Position numbers and translations under genes: made by a program. This document shows, in pieces, positions 55,201 to 64,000 of a stretch of DNA of 64,000 nt; the stretch's first letter is position 1, and the number at the start of each line of letters is the position of its first letter. The notes below the pieces were generated by a model. The model had not been told where the DNA came from. It saw only the letters and a list, made by a program, of their open reading frames with translations, and did no database searches. The stretch is from the IMG/VR virus record IMGVR_UViG_3300014043_000277; one strand, written 5' to 3'. The stretch comes from a virus. Its lineage: Duplodnaviria > Heunggongvirae > Uroviricota > Caudoviricetes.

Positions 55201-57669
55201 TTCAAGTTCCTCATAAGTCCATTGACAGCATGATGACCCCCAGGGTTTTGATGGCTTATGCTTATAAGTCATTGGCGCGGCATCGGTTATCGGATGCGAT
55301 GACATGATGATTCCGCATGCATGCACGCCGGTTGTTTTAATGCGTCCTTCAATTGCGCGTGCCGCCGCTATCACTGGTTTCCATTTTTCCTCTTCCATCA
55401 GTTTGCGGAATTCAGCCGCTTGCGCATAGATTTTTGATTTCTCATCATAAATGTCGGATAATGACGCTCCCTGATTCGGTTTGATTTCAGGAATGAGCTT
55501 AGTCGCCTTATTGGATTCGAACACGGGAATGTTGTAAATTCTCGCCATGTCCGCAAGCGCGGTTTTGGATAGGAATTTGTTGAAAGTGATGATGTTCGCG
55601 ATGTGATCCTCCCCATACTTATCCTTGACGTAATCAACAACCTCATCACGCCTGCTTGCAGCGAAATCAGTGTCCACATCAGGCGGTGACAAACGCTCAG
55701 GGTTAAGGAAGCGTTCGAACATCAGGTTATGGCGGATGGGATCCGTATCGGAAATGTTCAAATCGAATGCTATCTCACTGCCGCCAACTGAATTATGTAC
55801 AGTGCGGTTTTCAATAGTGTAATTATGGACGCCTTCAACTTGCAAATCATACACTTTACCGGTGTAATTGAAATGACGGACTGATTTGACAATGAATGCT
55901 GATTTTCCAACATTATACACATAATCATCAGTCAAATCATCATAAGCGATTTCATCATTATTTGTATTTAATGCAATGATGCCATCATCATTAGTGAACG
56001 ACTTGATTGATGCGTCACTCTCCAATGCGTTCAATGCCATGAGTTCACGATGAGTCCTATAACTTACGAAATCGCCATTCTTATATGAATGGAATAAATG
56101 CGATGTTCCGTCATCATCAATTAGTGTGTCATCATCTGAGTGCGAGCCATCCCATGAATTATTCGCATTATCGGCAGGGCCGAGAACCACGCTGCCATCA
56201 TGCAGTTCCTGTGCCTGCATGAAACCATTGTCAGCATCGAATAGCATGTGATCGGCAGTGCAGCGAATGATAGTTCCGTCATTGAATGTTATTTCAACGC
56301 AATCCTCGTTATTCACATCATATTCGAATACTTTTTCAACCACATGATATGTGGCGTCATGAGTTTGTGCTTTTGAACCAACTTTAACTTTTTCAATTGG
56401 CGTCATGATGCCATTCCCAATACGAACACGAGAACCTGGTAGAAAACAGCCGCGTCCATATCCCACTCTGATGCCGTTATTACGCGCCCAGTCAATGTAA
56501 TCCTTGACGACAAGCATGTATTGGACGAAATTGTTATCAGTGAACACGGGGAGTTCATGATTTATGCGTTTCACCGCCTCCGCTTTTACTTCCGGCGATG
56601 CGTCCGAGCGCTTCTTTTTCAAACCTTCCTTGATTTCATGCTTGAACCATCCGATTTCATCATAACCATCCGGGATTTCAACTTCCGGACGCAAATCGGA
56701 ACGCAATTTGAATTCAATGTGCTCAACCATGTCCGCGATGCGCATGGTGTTGTCAACCGCTTCCGGATGTTCATGGAACACCGGGATTGACAGCATTTCA
56801 TCCCGTGTTTTCAAATAATATTCATTACCATTGAACGCGAAACGCTTTCCTCCCTCATCATATGGCAAGTCATACATTGTCGCTTTTGAATTGGCGCATA
56901 GCATTTCCTCATGATGCGGCGCATCCTTATGATTGCAATAATGCGAATCATTAGTCGCGAGTAACGGCAGATTCAAATCATCCGCGAGTTTCAATAGTTT
57001 CGGGATGGCGACACGTTCAATGTCCTTGCCTTGCGCCATGCTGTGATCCATGAGTTCAACGAAATAGCGACCTTCGAAAATTTCACTCATTCGACGCGCG
57101 TAATCATAAGCCTGCTCATCCTGACCGAGACGGAACCGTGTTTGGATTTCACCTGATGGACAACCAGTAGTTGCTATTAGTCCGGCGTTATGCCTTGCCA
57201 GCATGTCCAAATCCATGCGTGGTTTCATATAATAATTCCCCTCGCCATCCGGTAAGTCAAGATGATTGAACTCATTGCCTTCCATGCTTGCCTCGCGGAC
57301 AAGCGCATACAATGAATGCAATCCCTCATCATTCATCGCCCATAATGTCATGTGCAGGTAAGCGCCGTTACCGGAAACATCAATTCCCTCCTGTCCCGGT
57401 TTGCCATAACGGACAGGCTGATGGACTTTGGCCCCCATTGGATTCACTGGTGCCACATACGCCTCAATTCCCGGTATTGGCTTAATTCCGGCTTTATTGC
57501 ATTTCTGGATGAATGAGAACAATCCGCATACGTTACCATGATCGGTAAGTCCGAGCGCCGGTTGTCCCATTTCCACGGCGCGTGCAATGTATTCATCAAC
57601 TGTTCCGAAACCATCCAATAGGCTGTAATCGCTGTGATTATGCAGATTAACGAAATTATCCACTTCCAC
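52231..57669 (-). CDS. dnaE: DNA polymerase III alpha subunit with two inteins (about 1253 aa spliced)
   Basis: PHP HNHSDYSLLDG, GRG|S, FERFLNPER.SPPDVDTD, KMDFL, LYRPGPM and YGFN.|SHAASY. Confidence 0.95.
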   Translation of the reverse strand: MEVDNFVNLHNHSDYSLLDGFGTVDEYIARAVEMGQPALGLTDHGNVCGLFSFIQKCNKAGIKPIPGIEAYVAPVNPMGAKVHQPVRYGKPGQEGIDVSGNGAYLHMTLWAMNDEGLHSLYALVREASMEGNEFNHLDLPDGEGNYYMKPRMDLDMLARHNAGLIATTGCPSGEIQTRFRLGQDEQAYDYARRMSEIFEGRYFVELMDHSMAQGKDIERVAIPKLLKLADDLNLPLLATNDSHYCNHKDAPHHEEMLCANSKATMYDLPYDEGGKRFAFNGNEYYLKTRDEMLSIPVFHEHPEAVDNTMRIADMVEHIEFKLRSDLRPEVEIPDGYDEIGWFKHEIKEGLKKKRSDASPEVKAEAVKRINHELPVFTDNNFVQYMLVVKDYIDWARNNGIRVGYGRGCFLPGSRVRIGNGIMTPIEKVKVGSKAQTHDATYHVVEKVFEYDVNNEDCVEITFNDGTIIRCTADHMLFDADNGFMQAQELHDGSVVLGPADNANNSWDGSHSDDDTLIDDDGTSHLFHSYKNGDFVSYRTHRELMALNALESDASIKSFTNDDGIIALNTNNDEIAYDDLTDDYVYNVGKSAFIVKSVRHFNYTGKVYDLQVEGVHNYTIENRTVHNSVGGSEIAFDLNISDTDPIRHNLMFERFLNPERLSPPDVDTDFAASRRDEVVDYVKDKYGEDHIANIITFNKFLSKTALADMARIYNIPVFESNKATKLIPEIKPNQGASLSDIYDEKSKIYAQAAEFRKLMEEEKWKPVIAAARAIEGRIKTTGVHACGIIMSSHPITDAAPMTYKHKPSKPWGSSCCQWTYEELESIGLIKMDFLSLSDLDIVGDTLANIMHTHDGKTVDIDALVHGPMDDKPTYNMLSRGETLNVFQLSSAGMQALFKRMHPKKFEDIQASVALYRPGPMGMDAHNQYADRAAGKAPAYVINERLDKVFKNSPVDDVLKNTENLVLYQEQIMNISRFLSDFSWGDADALRKGMGHKKMDVLNAMEPKFINNAVAKGYPREETTELWEYLKKFGEYGFNSCFDGRTLVCVSIGDDDYEKMRVEDIYREHESGAPLNISILSMYPDGSIKPHKVKSITKQPLKAVTYTIRTESGKYCNVTGNHRLLTTAGYGTIDDGTLHVGAELMIDDDWNRRLPLETLETRRKNALIASMDEHTRQVNSERMKEYQSTLSYEDRCAHQQAIQRLHPDRNDNSVKAMYYAHLNAHDNGALHGYGIMTRLSDGRVCDSRVEAQAGEYLLSRGVDFELHKPLTNKDGQVKYCDFYADGIYFEMDGLRRGRQYFIDNKYGDDIPFVYMTPADYIDTIDAALMRHHVSNGDRIISIEPTKTLESGKPMRQTVYDIEMEHDGPANFIMQGIVSHNSHAASYAIISYETAYLKCHYPAEFMAAVLTDKIRKSKDVDDVKNAIREVREIGLKVGAIDIDNSDVGVSAVKKTSPDDPDIVFGISGIKGVSIGTAQEFVAARAKHDGKYTSVDDFMRSLPASLINKKFIDGLAGAGAFDKFGVSRRGMIACENELIDYYKSESKASAAGKESLFDFDDDDDDNNDGMGEFHIPDIQDWDWIQRLVEEEKRLGVAVSGHPLSNLGQGLEFMRKAYEISDDDYGNILTVNDAAHMKLNQYRSGRYERRPSRVIASIASIEMKTMRTGRKAIRGTIESETDSIPFAIQGYPAEKWIARFGTASGLQQNHVYVIVGNITIDYNGNHVMEAVAFEEVELDSNGRIPVWIQLTKQDRKAYKDIRSIAKKHPGDIPLMIHMDKDGYKSEVDSGLKVNCSDEFMFELEQAIGRRKFGRYAE
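53536..54555 (-). other. DnaE intein 2 (340 aa, class 1) with a PD-(D/E)xK/Vsr-like endonuclease
   Basis: CFDGRT start, VTGNHRL block B, VYDIEM...SHN followed by +1 Ser; internal DSRVE...CDFY...YFEMDG. Confidence 0.88.
55792..56448 (-). other. DnaE intein 1 (219 aa, class 1)
   Basis: CFLPGS start, CTADH block B, VYDLQVEGVHNY...VHN followed by +1 Ser. Confidence 0.9.
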
Positions 57670-57781
57670 TCCCTGTTCATTGAATCCTTACTGAATACAA
57701 TGATATCAACGGAACCGCATCATCTGGAACCGGAGAACGGAACGGCATTATCATTCCATGATGGCAAATGTTATCATGAAT

Positions 57782-57982
57782 TCATGATACTTTCGCGGGT
57801 TCATGCGCATGTATCCAATGCATCCATATGTTCATCGACGGAATTGGTTTCAGGAATGAAATAAATTCCGATGAGACAATGGATTGCGTGTTTTCCGGCA
57901 TGCGCTCATTGTAATCAGCATTATCAAACAATGTGTTCGAGCATGAATACGGTTCTGTTCTTCTCTCATTGGATATTTGCAT
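57782..57982 (-). CDS. Small hypothetical protein
   Basis: 66-aa ORF; no motif. Confidence 0.2.
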   Translation of the reverse strand: MQISNERRTEPYSCSNTLFDNADYNERMPENTQSIVSSEFISFLKPIPSMNIWMHWIHAHEPAKVS

Positions 57983-58109
57983 CCATCAATGAAAGGAATA
58001 TGTTTTATTCGTCATATTTTTCTTTCAAAAAACAAAATGACGACACATGATTTCATATGCCGTCATTCATGCGCCCATTGATTGCAATGATATCAATTTT
58101 ATTCACGGG

Positions 58110-60230
58110 TTAGAAATCCATAGCATCCTCGCTAATGTCATCAAAATTATCGGAAATCCACTGCTGACGAGTTTTGGAATCCTTGCCCATGGCAAGTTCC
58201 AATATGCGTTCAGCTGGCTCAATGTCATTCATTGTGATTTGTTTCATGACACGGGTTTCCGGATTCATAAGGGTTACACGGGCATCCTCCGGTTCCATGC
58301 CGCCGAGTCCCTTATCACGGATTATGCCGTATGATACGCCCTTCTTTTTCAAATCCGCCTCAACCTCATTGAGTTCACTGCGATCCAATGCATACAATGT
58401 CTCCTTGCCTCCGCGAACTGAAACCTCAAACAACGGCGGATAAGTGACATACAAACGTCCAGCCTCAATGACTTTACGGAACAATGAATAGAACAGAACA
58501 AGTAGTAGGCATTGGATTGCATACCCGTCCGAATCTCCATCGGTCGAAATTACAACCCTGCCATACCTCATTTTGTCCAGATCGAAATCATCGCCAATCC
58601 CGGCACCGAGGCAAGTGATTATGCTCTGCACTTCCTCATTTGCCATCAATGCATCCGGTGTGGCCTTGTACGCATTGATAATCTTGCCGCGAATCGGCAA
58701 CAATGCCTGATAGCGGGCGTCACGGGCGCTTTTCAATCCGCCGAGAGCGGAATCGCCCTCACAGATGTGCAATTCGCTTTTGTCATCATTAATATACTTG
58801 CAGTCAACGAGTTTTGCTGGCATGACAGTTGAACGCAATGCCGCGTTAGCCTTACGCTGAGCATCACGAGCCGCTTTCTCAGACTGTCGAATCCTGGATT
58901 CCTCGGCAACCTTGTTGCAGATGGCATCAACAACCTGTTTGTTCTTGCTGCTTGCGATGAATTCATTGAACGCATCAATGAGCGCATTCTTGATTGCCTT
59001 CTGGTTTTCGCTTCCGGACAGTTCCTCCTTCGATTGGCTGCTGAACATTGGTTCTGTCTGCTGGACGGACAGTACGACTGTTAAACCGAGACGGTAGTCA
59101 TCAATGATTGGCGGCGTGTGATCCTTCTGGATTTTGCCGCGCATGGTTTCGATGCGTCCATTGAACGCACTCACCATCGCCTGTTCGAATGCCTTCACAT
59201 GGACTCCGCCGAGTTTAGTGTGTATCGTGTTCACGAATGAATTCATCCTGTATTTCTCATCCGTGTTCCAACAGAACGCGACTTGAATCGGAACGTCACG
59301 CGGAACCGCTTGAATGTTGACTGTATCCGTTTTCTTATCCAATACCGGGGCTTCCTCAGTGTAATGTCCGACTGTTTCAACGAGCTGTATGCCGGTGAGA
59401 CGATTCATGCTGGGTGAGAGATAATCGCAGAGACTGGTGATGCCATCGGGATAATGGAATGTCTCATGGTATGAATTGCCAGCATCATCCTTCTTCTTGT
59501 CATCAGTTACTTCCACTGTCAATTGCGGAACCAGATAAGCGGTGTATTTCACGCGGTCAATGATGTCATTGTCATCAAATGGCTTCTTCTCAACGAACGC
59601 ATCATCGTCAAGCCAGAGACGGACAATGGTTCCGGTTTCATAATTCCGCTTCTCAGCGGCCTTGCGAGTGTCCTTGCTGACGCGCAGGTATGATTTGTCC
59701 TTTCCCATCTCCTGCAAGGACGTGAACGGTGCATTCATGCCCTCGCCTTTAAAGAACCCGGGTTCGAAATCCTTGAATGAGAGTTCGTATTTCTTGCCGT
59801 TGCGGAAGACTATGATATCAGCCCTACGAGAAACACATACGCTTGAACTGCCTCCGACGCCGTTAAGGCCGCTTGAATATGATTTTTTCGCAGAGAATTT
59901 TCCACCTGATTGAATCCTTCCCATTGCCATGTAAATACCGGATTCGCGTGTCTTATGGTTCACATCCGTCGGAATGCCGCGTCCTGAATCCTGTATTTCA
60001 ACGCATCCGTCTTCATACATGTGAACACGGACATGTGTTCCGAATCCGCCTCGAATCTCATCGGTCGCGTTATCCAGTATCTCGCGGATCGCGACTGTCT
60101 TCTGTGCGGAATATTCGTAGAACGGATCGCCAATGGGACCGAATGTCAGGCTCATGCGGGACAGCAGGTGGTTCCGTGGCGTCATGGCATCAATGGAATC
60201 AGCATTGTAATCATTAGTGTTTTCAACCAT
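58110..60230 (-). CDS. Type IIA topoisomerase subunit B (GyrB/ParE)
   Basis: EILDNATDE, DSGRGIP, GLNGVG, TOPRIM EGDSA, PIRGKI, TDGDSDG and KGLG. Confidence 0.92.
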   Translation of the reverse strand: MVENTNDYNADSIDAMTPRNHLLSRMSLTFGPIGDPFYEYSAQKTVAIREILDNATDEIRGGFGTHVRVHMYEDGCVEIQDSGRGIPTDVNHKTRESGIYMAMGRIQSGGKFSAKKSYSSGLNGVGGSSSVCVSRRADIIVFRNGKKYELSFKDFEPGFFKGEGMNAPFTSLQEMGKDKSYLRVSKDTRKAAEKRNYETGTIVRLWLDDDAFVEKKPFDDNDIIDRVKYTAYLVPQLTVEVTDDKKKDDAGNSYHETFHYPDGITSLCDYLSPSMNRLTGIQLVETVGHYTEEAPVLDKKTDTVNIQAVPRDVPIQVAFCWNTDEKYRMNSFVNTIHTKLGGVHVKAFEQAMVSAFNGRIETMRGKIQKDHTPPIIDDYRLGLTVVLSVQQTEPMFSSQSKEELSGSENQKAIKNALIDAFNEFIASSKNKQVVDAICNKVAEESRIRQSEKAARDAQRKANAALRSTVMPAKLVDCKYINDDKSELHICEGDSALGGLKSARDARYQALLPIRGKIINAYKATPDALMANEEVQSIITCLGAGIGDDFDLDKMRYGRVVISTDGDSDGYAIQCLLLVLFYSLFRKVIEAGRLYVTYPPLFEVSVRGGKETLYALDRSELNEVEADLKKKGVSYGIIRDKGLGGMEPEDARVTLMNPETRVMKQITMNDIEPAERILELAMGKDSKTRQQWISDNFDDISEDAMDF

Positions 60231-60282
60231 TTTACTGTAATAGTTCCTTTACTGTGTTTACTGTTATTTGTATGCAATGATA

Positions 60283-62064
60283 TCAATTGACGCATGTTAC
60301 TGGTTCGCCATCATGATAATTCACGGTCATCATTCCTGCTGGCACGACATGTAATCCGTCATCAATCACCAGTGGATGTATTGTAATCATGTTTTCATCA
60401 TGATTATCATAATAGCCAACCATACGCTTGTCGGTCATCAGGTTCAAATCAATTACTCCTGTTTTCGCGTTAACATGCTGGCATAGCAGTTTGAATGCGT
60501 TCATGTATTCACCTTGTATGCAATCGAACCCGGTTATCATGCCATCAGATGCGGCTCCTATGCATGCAATGAGCATATCATCGGCATACATTCCAGCGAT
60601 TGTCTCATGGTTCTTGTTATCATACTTATTATCATAGATGAATGGATTCACCGGGAAATCATATGATTCCAATTGTTTGAATGTCATGTTTCCTGTTATG
60701 TTCTCATGATTGCATAGTTTCATGATATAATCCGCCATCCTGTTCTCGTCATTCCAATCATATATTTGAATGAGGTTGATTCCGTGTTTCCATGCGAGCA
60801 GCGCGCGTTCGTTATGATATGCCGCATCATGTGGTTTATGCTTGTCGCATGGTTGTCCGCATTGGTTCCGCAGGCATGCGAATGAGACATCGATGTTATG
60901 CGTGACGGTAGGGTTGATTTCAATGGCGACATTGCAATCAGGTATGATCATATCGAATATGGCGGTTTCCACATGATGTTCCATTTCAATGTCTCCAATG
61001 GTTTCTATTTTCTTCTTGAATTCCTTGTTCCGTTTTGAAACCGGTGAGCCATCACCGAACAATTGCCCGTGTTTCATGTTTGATTCAATTATTCTGGACA
61101 TTATCTCGTTATTCATTGACGGGCGTGGCGCGCCATATTTTTCCGTCATTGTTCGTTCATATTTTTCTTTTAGAGTATCACTCTGCAATGTTGTAGGCGC
61201 TCCATATCTTTCAATCATGGTTGCGCGCTGCTTATCGGTGTTGAACGCGAGTTTGCCGCCATGCTTCTTTTTCTGGTTTTCAACTGCTTTTTTGACGATT
61301 TCGGGATTCTGCGCTGGACGCGCGTATCCATATCGTTTAATGTTTGTTTCTGCTTCCTTTCCTGTGTTGAACGCAAGTTTGCCATTATTATTCGCGCGTT
61401 GTTTATCCAATAATTCCTTGCATAGTGCAGGATTCTTCATGTTGCTTGTGTAACCGAATCGTTCAATGCTTGTTTGCTCATATTTCCTGCGGACATCATC
61501 TGAATGAGCCGCGCAGGTGTCCGAGCACCATTTGTGTTCCTTTCCATCGCATGGCGCAACGAATTTCTGTCCGCATTGTTCACATGCGTATTCGAAAGGC
61601 AATGAGCAGTATTGTATGCTGGATGTTATTTTCATTCTGATTACATGCTTGCATTTTGAACATTCTTTCATTTGCGTTTCTGCATCGTAATTCGGCTTAT
61701 TATTGCATTTTGGACATTCCGATAGTCCGCGTCTTTTTGAATTACCTGAGCATATTGCATCCCATTCAAATCCGCATTTATCGCAATGATGCGTTCTTCT
61801 CATTTTACAGTATTTCGCAGCGCGTTTGCTTGCCGTGTGGAATTCCTGTCCGCATACCACGCATGTGTTCAGGTATCCGTTGTTGTCCGGGTCTTTCCTG
61901 ATGCCGTTGTTCTCATTTGCATTCACGTATTCAATGATATCAATTTCATATGGTTCCAGTCTGTTTTTAACAGGGTTTTTATAATGGAAAAATAAGAATC
62001 CACGGTTGTTTTCCGTGGATTCATCATAACGTTCCGGCATTGGCATGTTCCGCCGTGTTTTCAC
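60283..62064 (-). CDS. Putative homing endonuclease (Zn fingers, YG repeats, PD-(D/E)xK-like domain), paralogue of 19501-21498
   Basis: CxxC repeats; duplicated GKLAFNT; FDMI...IEINPTVTHNIDVSFAC...QPC..HKP; GINLIQIYDW. Confidence 0.62.
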   Translation of the reverse strand: MKTRRNMPMPERYDESTENNRGFLFFHYKNPVKNRLEPYEIDIIEYVNANENNGIRKDPDNNGYLNTCVVCGQEFHTASKRAAKYCKMRRTHHCDKCGFEWDAICSGNSKRRGLSECPKCNNKPNYDAETQMKECSKCKHVIRMKITSSIQYCSLPFEYACEQCGQKFVAPCDGKEHKWCSDTCAAHSDDVRRKYEQTSIERFGYTSNMKNPALCKELLDKQRANNNGKLAFNTGKEAETNIKRYGYARPAQNPEIVKKAVENQKKKHGGKLAFNTDKQRATMIERYGAPTTLQSDTLKEKYERTMTEKYGAPRPSMNNEIMSRIIESNMKHGQLFGDGSPVSKRNKEFKKKIETIGDIEMEHHVETAIFDMIIPDCNVAIEINPTVTHNIDVSFACLRNQCGQPCDKHKPHDAAYHNERALLAWKHGINLIQIYDWNDENRMADYIMKLCNHENITGNMTFKQLESYDFPVNPFIYDNKYDNKNHETIAGMYADDMLIACIGAASDGMITGFDCIQGEYMNAFKLLCQHVNAKTGVIDLNLMTDKRMVGYYDNHDENMITIHPLVIDDGLHVVPAGMMTVNYHDGEPVTCVN

Positions 62065-62120
62065 GGTTTCATGATGCCAGCCTGTTTTGCTTATGCACCT
62101 ATTTATCTATCAAACCCGTT

Positions 62121-63275
62121 TCACTGCGTGGTTTGCGTTTGCTCCGAGCTGTTCTGTTTCAATGAATCCAATTGCGTTTTTATTGAATCCAATTGATTCT
62201 GCAATGATGTGATTTGCGTTTTCATATCATTGATTTCATTGGAATAATCCGGCGTGGCGGCATTCGTTGTTTCAGTGTCTGAATCATCAGATGATTCCGT
62301 TGATTCCAATGCGTTCAATCGTTTCTGCATGGCATCGATTTGTTGCTGTATTCCGGTGGCGCTGTCATTTGCCTTGTCCGCTTCCGATTGCGCCGCGTTA
62401 ATCTGACTGGATACTTCAGCTTTAACCTGTTGTTTGATTGCGTTCTTCTCATTATCGGACAGTTTCTGGACTTCCTGAACGGTGACGTTCGTTACATCCG
62501 GTTTTTTCACATATGTCGTAGTCGCCCAGCTCATGCCGGATGTTATGAGTGCGACAATAAGGAAGAACAATGCCGTTTTCGTTATAGGGCTTAATGCCAG
62601 GTTGATTATCCATTCGCGGAATCGCGTGATTATGCTTTTGCCTTTATGAATATTATGCACGTCGGTTTCATCCGTTGAATGAGATTCGTTATCATTCTTC
62701 TCTCCTGCATGCATGCCCGACGAATGGCCGTTTACGTGGGCTTCGTCCGGCGCGTCAATGATGTTTCCGATGGATTCATGTGATTTCACGAGGCGTGCGC
62801 GGCCAGCATCACTGGAAATCGTTTTAACGGGGTTCTCAGCGGTTTTTATTTCCGATGCGATAACTTGTTCCTGTTTGACGGTTTCGTCCGTTAAAACACC
62901 GTTTAAATGCGTTTCAGAGGCATTATCCGGTTTGACTGGTTCCAATGTTGTCGTTGTCGTCATTGCATCCAATAGTTTCGCGTCTATCCTGTCGGAAATG
63001 CTGTCCGGCAGGATTTTCTCATATGGAACCGCATTGTAAGTGATTTTCGCCGCTGTTCGTTTCGTTTTCTTGATGACGCGCGTGTAAACCTCGCTTAGCA
63101 CCGCTATGAGCATGCTGGATATGCCGACGATGAGCACACTGCCGACATATGATGTCAATCGCGTTGTTATCAATGACGCCGTGATGGCGGCGAATGCCGC
63201 TGCAAGCAGTTTCGTCGTGGACAAACCGCCTGTTTTCTTTTCCTTTTTATCCTGTTTTTCTTCTTTCTCACTCAT
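62121..63275 (-). CDS. Membrane protein with a C-terminal coiled coil
   Basis: Two N-terminal TMs, a third TM near residue 240, Gln-rich heptads. Confidence 0.6.
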   Translation of the reverse strand: MSEKEEKQDKKEKKTGGLSTTKLLAAAFAAITASLITTRLTSYVGSVLIVGISSMLIAVLSEVYTRVIKKTKRTAAKITYNAVPYEKILPDSISDRIDAKLLDAMTTTTTLEPVKPDNASETHLNGVLTDETVKQEQVIASEIKTAENPVKTISSDAGRARLVKSHESIGNIIDAPDEAHVNGHSSGMHAGEKNDNESHSTDETDVHNIHKGKSIITRFREWIINLALSPITKTALFFLIVALITSGMSWATTTYVKKPDVTNVTVQEVQKLSDNEKNAIKQQVKAEVSSQINAAQSEADKANDSATGIQQQIDAMQKRLNALESTESSDDSDTETTNAATPDYSNEINDMKTQITSLQNQLDSIKTQLDSLKQNSSEQTQTTQ

Positions 63276-63344
63276 TTTTCCGATTTTTATAATATAATGC
63301 TGATAAATTCATCATGATTATATCATTCATGACATGCTGAAAAG

Positions 63345-63382
63345 CATTGAACCGGATGAATCATCGCTCATCCGGTTCAATG
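63345..63382 (-). terminator. Hairpin after the SbcC-like gene
   Basis: 15-bp perfect inverted repeat. Confidence 0.6.
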
Positions 63383-63403
63383 AATGATTATCTGGTTTCA
63401 TGC

Positions 63404-64000
63404 TCACAATTCGGTTACAGTGTCCGCGATGCTGCGGATGATGTCATTGTGAGCGATGATTATGACTTGTCCATGTCCTGCTTCCTGAATCGTTTCAAGA
63501 ATCGACTGTGCGCGGTTGTCATCCATTGCCGTCAGCACCTCATCAAGTATGAGCATGCTTGCGTCGCCGCCTGACAGCATTTCGCTTATCGCGAGACGCA
63601 TGGAAATGGCGACTACGCTCTGTTCGCCGCCTGATAGCGCATGGACATCCAATTCCTTCCCGTTATCGTCCGTAACCGTGATGTTGTATTTCTCATCCAT
63701 GTTAATCGAGGTGAATTTGCCGTCAGTTATCGCATTCATGAGATCGCTTGCGTAATCAGTGATTCTGGGAACAGTGTCTTTCGCGAGATGCTCACGGAAA
63801 CCTGACAGCACGGAAACACCGGACTGTGCTATTTCGTTGCGTTCCAATGCGATTTTGCGTTGTTTCTCATATCTCTCCCTGCGTTCAATGCCGTCATGAG
63901 CGTTCCTCATGCGTTCATCCAGCAGGGCTTTGCGTCCTTTCAATTCCACCGCCTGCGATTTCATTTCCATGATGCGCGCAGTGCATTCATTCAGTTTCGT
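63404..64000 (-). CDS. SbcC/Rad50-like SMC ATPase, C-terminal part (truncated by the window edge)
   Basis: Coiled coil, signature LSGGE, Walker B LILDE, H-loop IIAH; frame open to position 64000. Confidence 0.85.
   Translation of the reverse strand, partial: TKLNECTARIMEMKSQAVELKGRKALLDERMRNAHDGIERRERYEKQRKIALERNEIAQSGVSVLSGFREHLAKDTVPRITDYASDLMNAITDGKFTSINMDEKYNITVTDDNGKELDVHALSGGEQSVVAISMRLAISEMLSGGDASMLILDEVLTAMDDNRAQSILETIQEAGHGQVIIIAHNDIIRSIADTVTEL

Noticed and set aside
1-64000. Many antisense or overlapping ORFs in the track (e.g. 5134-5622, 9883-10419, 22606-23178, 33720-34232, 35169-35915, 43047-43640)
   Set aside because: Shadow ORFs opposite well-supported genes, with no motifs or expression signals
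1-64000. Prophage or jumbo-phage assignment
   Set aside because: No capsid, terminase, portal, tail or lysis genes in the window while conjugation and pilus genes are present; cannot be excluded for the rest of the replicon

Overview
This window looks like part of a very large extrachromosomal element (megaplasmid or giant conjugative element), probably from an actinobacterial host. The host call is inferred from NucS, the apparent leaderless promoter architecture and Bifidobacterium-like NrdDG/PyrD. No rRNA, tRNA, CRISPR array or phage structural gene is visible, and almost all genes lie on the minus strand. It encodes DNA-metabolism genes (DnaE with two inteins, DnaG, GyrB/ParE, RecA, 5'-3' exonuclease, SbcC-like ATPase, SNF2-like helicase, NucS, NrdD/NrdG, dCMP-deaminase-like protein, PyrD). 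It also carries scattered Tad/Flp pilus genes (pilin, TadC, CpaB, CpaE, prepilin peptidase) and Gram-positive T4SS genes (TcpE, a two-part VirB4/ConE, an FtsK/TcpA-like ATPase). Main highlights: (1) The FtsK/TcpA-like gene is fractured. Its Walker A motif holds two tandem Pro1 class-3 inteins three residues apart, and the second is naturally split across about 4.9 kb of antisense endonuclease genes plus an IS. (2) The pilin gene has an inverted silent alternative C-terminus with its own terminator, suggesting inversion or gene-conversion variation. (3) A TnpB IS and a 233-bp omegaRNA-only derivative together define a GCTAT target motif. (4) A dispersed 120-bp tripartite repeat occurs three times with invariant spacing. 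(5) A TGATATT-N8-ATG motif precedes five transfer genes. All functional calls come from motif recognition by eye, not from database searches.
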